Shown here: in pieces, positions 49,205 to 53,117 of the stretch | Position numbering within the stretch: position 1 is the first letter of the stretch | How the letters are laid out: each line of letters opens with the position of its first letter | Position numbers and translations under genes: made by a program | The notes under the pieces: generated by a model | Database searches by the model: none | What the model was told of the DNA's origin: nothing | The model's input: the letters and a program-made list of their open reading frames with translations, nothing else | Assembly (NCBI GenBank): GCA_944393485.1 | Contig: CALYAJ010000003.1 | Span: 1-53,117 of the forward strand | DNA length: 53,117 nt | From: an uncultured Clostridia bacterium | GTDB lineage: Bacteria > Bacillota > Clostridia > TANB77 > CAG-508 | Direction of reading: 5' to 3'

Positions 49205-50434
49205 ATGGAAGAAACACAGAGTATAAAAAAAGCAAAAAGAAGCATAAAAATATACCCAATATTTGCATCATTTACAGGAGATATGATTTTTTTCGTACCA
49301 ATAGATACTTTATTCTTAACATTAGTAAAAGGATTAACAGCAAGTCAAATAACAGCAATGACAATGGTTTCACTAATTATATGTATATTATCTCAAAAAA
49401 TAATATTATCTATTGTAAAGAAAATAGGAAATGTAAATTCATTAAGATTAGGTTCATTTATGCTTTTAATAGCATCTCTATGCTTAACATTTGGAAATAG
49501 TTTTCCTTTGATGTTATTATATAAAACTATACTTGAACTTGCATATATATTTTTAAATATGGATGAAATTGTACTTAAAAACAATCTAAATGCAGTAGAC
49601 AGATCAGACGATTATTATAAGATTAGAAATAAAACAAAAATAATATATTCCTCAATTACTCTATTTACAGCATTAGTAGCAGGAAGTTTATTTAATATAA
49701 ATAATTATTTACCAATGTATTTATCAATTGGAATATATATAATATTGTTTGGTGCTTCATTCTTATATTACGAAGCTAAAACAAAAATCAATATAGCTAC
49801 ACAAACAGATAATAAAAAACTAAAAATAACGAATATCATTTTTTTAGTGATTTTATCTAATGCAGTTTTTTATTCTATTATTAAAATGGGACAAAATAAT
49901 AGTAAATTATTTATGCAATATGATTTTCAAAATTTCTTATCTATTGAGATGGTTACATACTATATAACGGCAATTGTATTTATTTCAAGAATTGCAAGGC
50001 TATTCGGAAATATCATATTTGGCAAAGTATATAAAAGAATAAAAAACAAAATGAGTATTATATTATCAATATGTTTAGCTTTAGCATTTACATTATTGTT
50101 ATTAGGTCATTTCATAAATATGTCATTTGCAATAAAAGTATTATTAATGTCACTAGGATTTTTCTTGATTTTAGCAATTAGAGATTCTTTCCAAGTATAT
50201 ATAGAAGATGTGGCACTAGGTATTGCAAATAAAGATGAACAACAAAAAATAATAATAAAAATAGAAGTAAGCAGAAGAATTGGAACATTGATTTTAAGTA
50301 CATTATTTACACTCATATTAATAAGATATGAGCTTGTTGTAGTTGAATTTGTACTATTAATTTTATCAATAATTGAAATATTTATTAGTAAGCAATTATG
50401 CAATAAATTAAGTAAAATGAAAAAGGAGAATTAG
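49205..50434 (+). CDS. MFS-type transporter
   Basis: About 12 TM helices, 409 aa, degenerate motif A (SIVKKIGNVNSL). Confidence 0.75.
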   Translation: MEETQSIKKAKRSIKIYPIFASFTGDMIFFVPIDTLFLTLVKGLTASQITAMTMVSLIICILSQKIILSIVKKIGNVNSLRLGSFMLLIASLCLTFGNSFPLMLLYKTILELAYIFLNMDEIVLKNNLNAVDRSDDYYKIRNKTKIIYSSITLFTALVAGSLFNINNYLPMYLSIGIYIILFGASFLYYEAKTKINIATQTDNKKLKITNIIFLVILSNAVFYSIIKMGQNNSKLFMQYDFQNFLSIEMVTYYITAIVFISRIARLFGNIIFGKVYKRIKNKMSIILSICLALAFTLLLLGHFINMSFAIKVLLMSLGFFLILAIRDSFQVYIEDVALGIANKDEQQKIIIKIEVSRRIGTLILSTLFTLILIRYELVVVEFVLLILSIIEIFISKQLCNKLSKMKKEN

Positions 50435-50435
50435 T

Positions 50436-51023
50436 ATGAAAAATATAGTAATAATAGGAGTAGGAAGAGCAGGAAAAACAACATTAAGCAATATGATTAA
50501 AGATAAATGGAATGGGTATAACTTAATTCATTCAGATTCAATTAAATGGGGAATAATAAGAGGAAAAGGTAAAGAACCTTATTATAGAAAAAATATTAAA
50601 GCACAGAAAGAATGGGAACATGGAGATGAATTTCAAAGGACTCTAGTTGAAATATATAAATCTTCAGTAAATAAAGATGAGGATGTAAAAGGATATGGTA
50701 CAATACTTGAATCAGGTCAATTAGAACCAAGATATGTAAAAGAGCTTATTGATAAATATAATGTTTATTGTATATGTTTAGGTCATGGAGATTTAGATAA
50801 ACAAGGAATTATTGATTTATGTAGGAAAAATGACAAAGAAAAAGACTGGAGTTATGGAATTTCTGACGAAGATTTAGATGCTCATGCAGAGAAGTGGGCA
50901 GAAACTAATGAAAATTTGAAAGTAGAATGTCCAAAATACGGAATTGAATATATTGATACACATATAGATAGAGAAGAAATATTAAATAAAATCATGAAAA
51001 AGATAGAAAAAGAAATAAAGTAG
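50436..51023 (+). CDS. P-loop nucleotide/small-molecule kinase-like protein
   Basis: N-terminal IVIIGVGRAGKTT Walker A, IHSD, ILESG. Confidence 0.78.
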   Translation: MKNIVIIGVGRAGKTTLSNMIKDKWNGYNLIHSDSIKWGIIRGKGKEPYYRKNIKAQKEWEHGDEFQRTLVEIYKSSVNKDEDVKGYGTILESGQLEPRYVKELIDKYNVYCICLGHGDLDKQGIIDLCRKNDKEKDWSYGISDEDLDAHAEKWAETNENLKVECPKYGIEYIDTHIDREEILNKIMKKIEKEIK

Positions 51024-51032
51024 AGGTTATTT

Positions 51033-51620
51033 ATGAGAATTGGGATAGACATAGATGATACACTAACAAATGTAAAAGATAAACTAATTGAGGCAGGAGA
51101 AAAATATGCTAAAAGTTTAGGAAAAGATATAAAAGTAGATAAAAGTTTTGAAGATAAAAACAATAATGGCAACAAATGGCAAGAGATGTTTCAATTCAGT
51201 TATGAAGAATTAAAATATTTCTTAAAAGACATACAAGAAAGTATAACAAATAAAGCTAAACCAAGAGAGAATGTAGTAGAAGTTATAAAAAAATTAAAAA
51301 ATGACGGAAATGAAATTATAATTATTACTGCAAGAGATTCAGAATTCCATAATGATCCATATAAATATAGCAAAGATTGGTTAGATAAAAATAATATATA
51401 TTATGATAAATTAATTGTAAATGCAAGAGATAAAAAGATAGCATGTATTGAAGAAAAGATTGATTTATTTATTGATGATAGTGAAAGTAATTGCTTAAAT
51501 GTAAAAAAAGCTGGAATAAAAACGATAAGAGTTTGCAATGAAATAGAAAATAGCAATTCAAATTTAATATGCTTTAATAGTTGGAATGATATTTATAGTT
51601 ATATTCAAACTATAAAATAA
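51033..51620 (+). CDS. 5'(3')-deoxyribonucleotidase-like HAD hydrolase
   Basis: IGIDIDDTL, IITAR, WL...IYYD, LFIDD; paralog of the N-terminal domain at 47340. Confidence 0.88.
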   Translation: MRIGIDIDDTLTNVKDKLIEAGEKYAKSLGKDIKVDKSFEDKNNNGNKWQEMFQFSYEELKYFLKDIQESITNKAKPRENVVEVIKKLKNDGNEIIIITARDSEFHNDPYKYSKDWLDKNNIYYDKLIVNARDKKIACIEEKIDLFIDDSESNCLNVKKAGIKTIRVCNEIENSNSNLICFNSWNDIYSYIQTIK

Positions 51621-51639
51621 TCAAGAAAGAAGGATAAAA

Positions 51640-52083
51640 ATGAAATACATAAAAGAAGAAGAAAATCCAAATATAAAATATAGAAAAAGACCAGGAGCTT
51701 ATGCAATTATGACAAGAAATGAAGATGACAAAGTAGGGATTGTAACAGATGGTAGAGATTTATTTTATTTAGGTGGTGGAATAGAAGAAGGAGAAACAAA
51801 GCTACAAGCACTAAAAAGAGAATTCATTGAAGAAACAGGATACACTATAAAAAATATTGAACCATTTGATGAAGTTAGGTCATTTATAGATGCTGAAGAA
51901 AAAGGGCATCTAGAAATAGAAGCATATGTATATACAGCAGAATTTGATGAAAAGGTAGCAGAACCAATAGAAAAAGACCATAAAGTGTTATGGGTAAATC
52001 CAGAAGAATATAAGGACAAATTATTTAGAGAATGGCAAAAGTATATATTAAAAGAATATGTTGAAAGGAATTCTAATAAATGA
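51640..52083 (+). CDS. NUDIX hydrolase
   Basis: Nudix box GGIEEGETKLQALKREFIEETG. Confidence 0.93.
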   Translation: MKYIKEEENPNIKYRKRPGAYAIMTRNEDDKVGIVTDGRDLFYLGGGIEEGETKLQALKREFIEETGYTIKNIEPFDEVRSFIDAEEKGHLEIEAYVYTAEFDEKVAEPIEKDHKVLWVNPEEYKDKLFREWQKYILKEYVERNSNK

Positions 52084-52892
52084 AAATAGTTATTTTTTCA
52101 GATATACATTATTCTGATAATTATAAATATGAAACTGAACCTATGAAGTCAAGAAAATTGACAATGTATTCAGAGCCTCTAGTAAAAAAATTAATAGAAA
52201 AAATAAACCATGAAATAAAGCCAGATATTGTATTAAATTTAGGAGATTTAATCGAAGATAGAAATGATAGTAAAAAAGATAAAGAAAATTTGGAATATAT
52301 ATGGAATATTTTAAAACAGATAAAAGTTCCATTTTATACATTACTGGGAAATCATGATTTAAAAATGATGAAATCAAAAAGAGAAGTAGAAAACATATTA
52401 GGTTATAAAAATACAACATTTTCAATTGATTTAAAGGGATATCATTTTGTATTCTTAAGCCCTAAATTAGAAAATTTTACAATATCTGATGATGGAGGAA
52501 TTTCAAGGACAAAAAACATATCAACTGAAGATTTAAAATGGTTAAAAAATGATTTAAAGAAAAATACATTACCAACAATTATATGTTATCACTATGGAAT
52601 AGCTGAAGATGATATGAAAGGGAATTGGTGGTTTGAAAAAGATAAAGAAGAGGCTTTATTAGAGAATAGAAACGAATTAAAAGAAATTTTGGAAAGTGAT
52701 AAAAATATAGTAGCAGTTTTTTCAGGACATCAGCATTGGACAAAAGAAATTGAAGAAAATAATATCAAATATTTCATAGTTGGTTCATTGGTTGAAAATG
52801 TAAACAATGATGGCATTCCTGATGGGATTTTTTTAGAGGTAGATATTAAAGATAAAAATATGGAAATAAAAAAGAGGCATATTTCTATGTAG
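52080..52892 (+). CDS. Calcineurin-like metallophosphoesterase
   Basis: SDIH, GDLIE, GNHD, YHY, SGHQH. Confidence 0.93.
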   Translation: MKIVIFSDIHYSDNYKYETEPMKSRKLTMYSEPLVKKLIEKINHEIKPDIVLNLGDLIEDRNDSKKDKENLEYIWNILKQIKVPFYTLLGNHDLKMMKSKREVENILGYKNTTFSIDLKGYHFVFLSPKLENFTISDDGGISRTKNISTEDLKWLKNDLKKNTLPTIICYHYGIAEDDMKGNWWFEKDKEEALLENRNELKEILESDKNIVAVFSGHQHWTKEIEENNIKYFIVGSLVENVNNDGIPDGIFLEVDIKDKNMEIKKRHISM

Positions 52893-52929
52893 TCAAAAAA
52901 TATAGTTAATTTCAATATGGAGGATTTAT

Positions 52930-53117
52930 ATGAATACCAAAAGATTTAGATATCGACAAAGAGAATTTCATTTAAAGGAAATAGATAACTTAAGCAATAT
53001 AGATTGGAGTTTAGAAAAGTATGGTTGTGGACCAACATCCATTGCTAATGTATTAAAAAATTATGGATTTGACGTTAATCCAATAGATATGGCTAAAAAA
53101 ATATTATTTGATAGTGA
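52930..53117 (+). CDS. C39-like cysteine peptidase family protein, truncated by the window end (absent from the ORF track)
   Basis: GGAGG RBS; MNTKRFRYRQ...KYGCGPTSIANVL...VNPIDMAK; frame open to the end of the window. Confidence 0.75.
   Translation, partial: MNTKRFRYRQREFHLKEIDNLSNIDWSLEKYGCGPTSIANVLKNYGFDVNPIDMAKKILFDS

Overview
A very AT-rich chromosomal segment of a Firmicute (Clostridia-like: Spo0E gene with Spo0A boxes, sigma-A promoters, polA-slt synteny). All well-supported genes but one lie on the + strand. A housekeeping core (polA, slt, galE, M15B peptidase, heterodimeric ABC exporter, Asp23, HdeD-like, small alarmone synthetase, P-type ATPase, nadD, GT4, plsC, argS, glmM, metG, MBL hydrolase, GT-C, fba, Y-family polymerase/YolD) is flanked by two accessory regions. 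The left region (1-12.2 kb) holds membrane-anchored orphan genes separated by decayed 3' ends of other genes, a stand-alone GlmU-type acetyltransferase domain, a large SF2 helicase split by an apparent +1 frameshift near a rare CGG codon, and an lgt pseudogene. The right region (45.9-53.1 kb) is a run of GNAT, HAD, NUDIX, kinase, phosphoesterase and MFS genes including two domain fusions. Three self-contained, GC-richer orphan transcription units are interspersed; one has complementary 5' and 3' untranslated ends. Several long perfect palindromes lie in intergenic DNA. I found no rRNA, tRNA, CRISPR array, transposase or integrase. All calls come from reading motifs by eye; no database searches were run.
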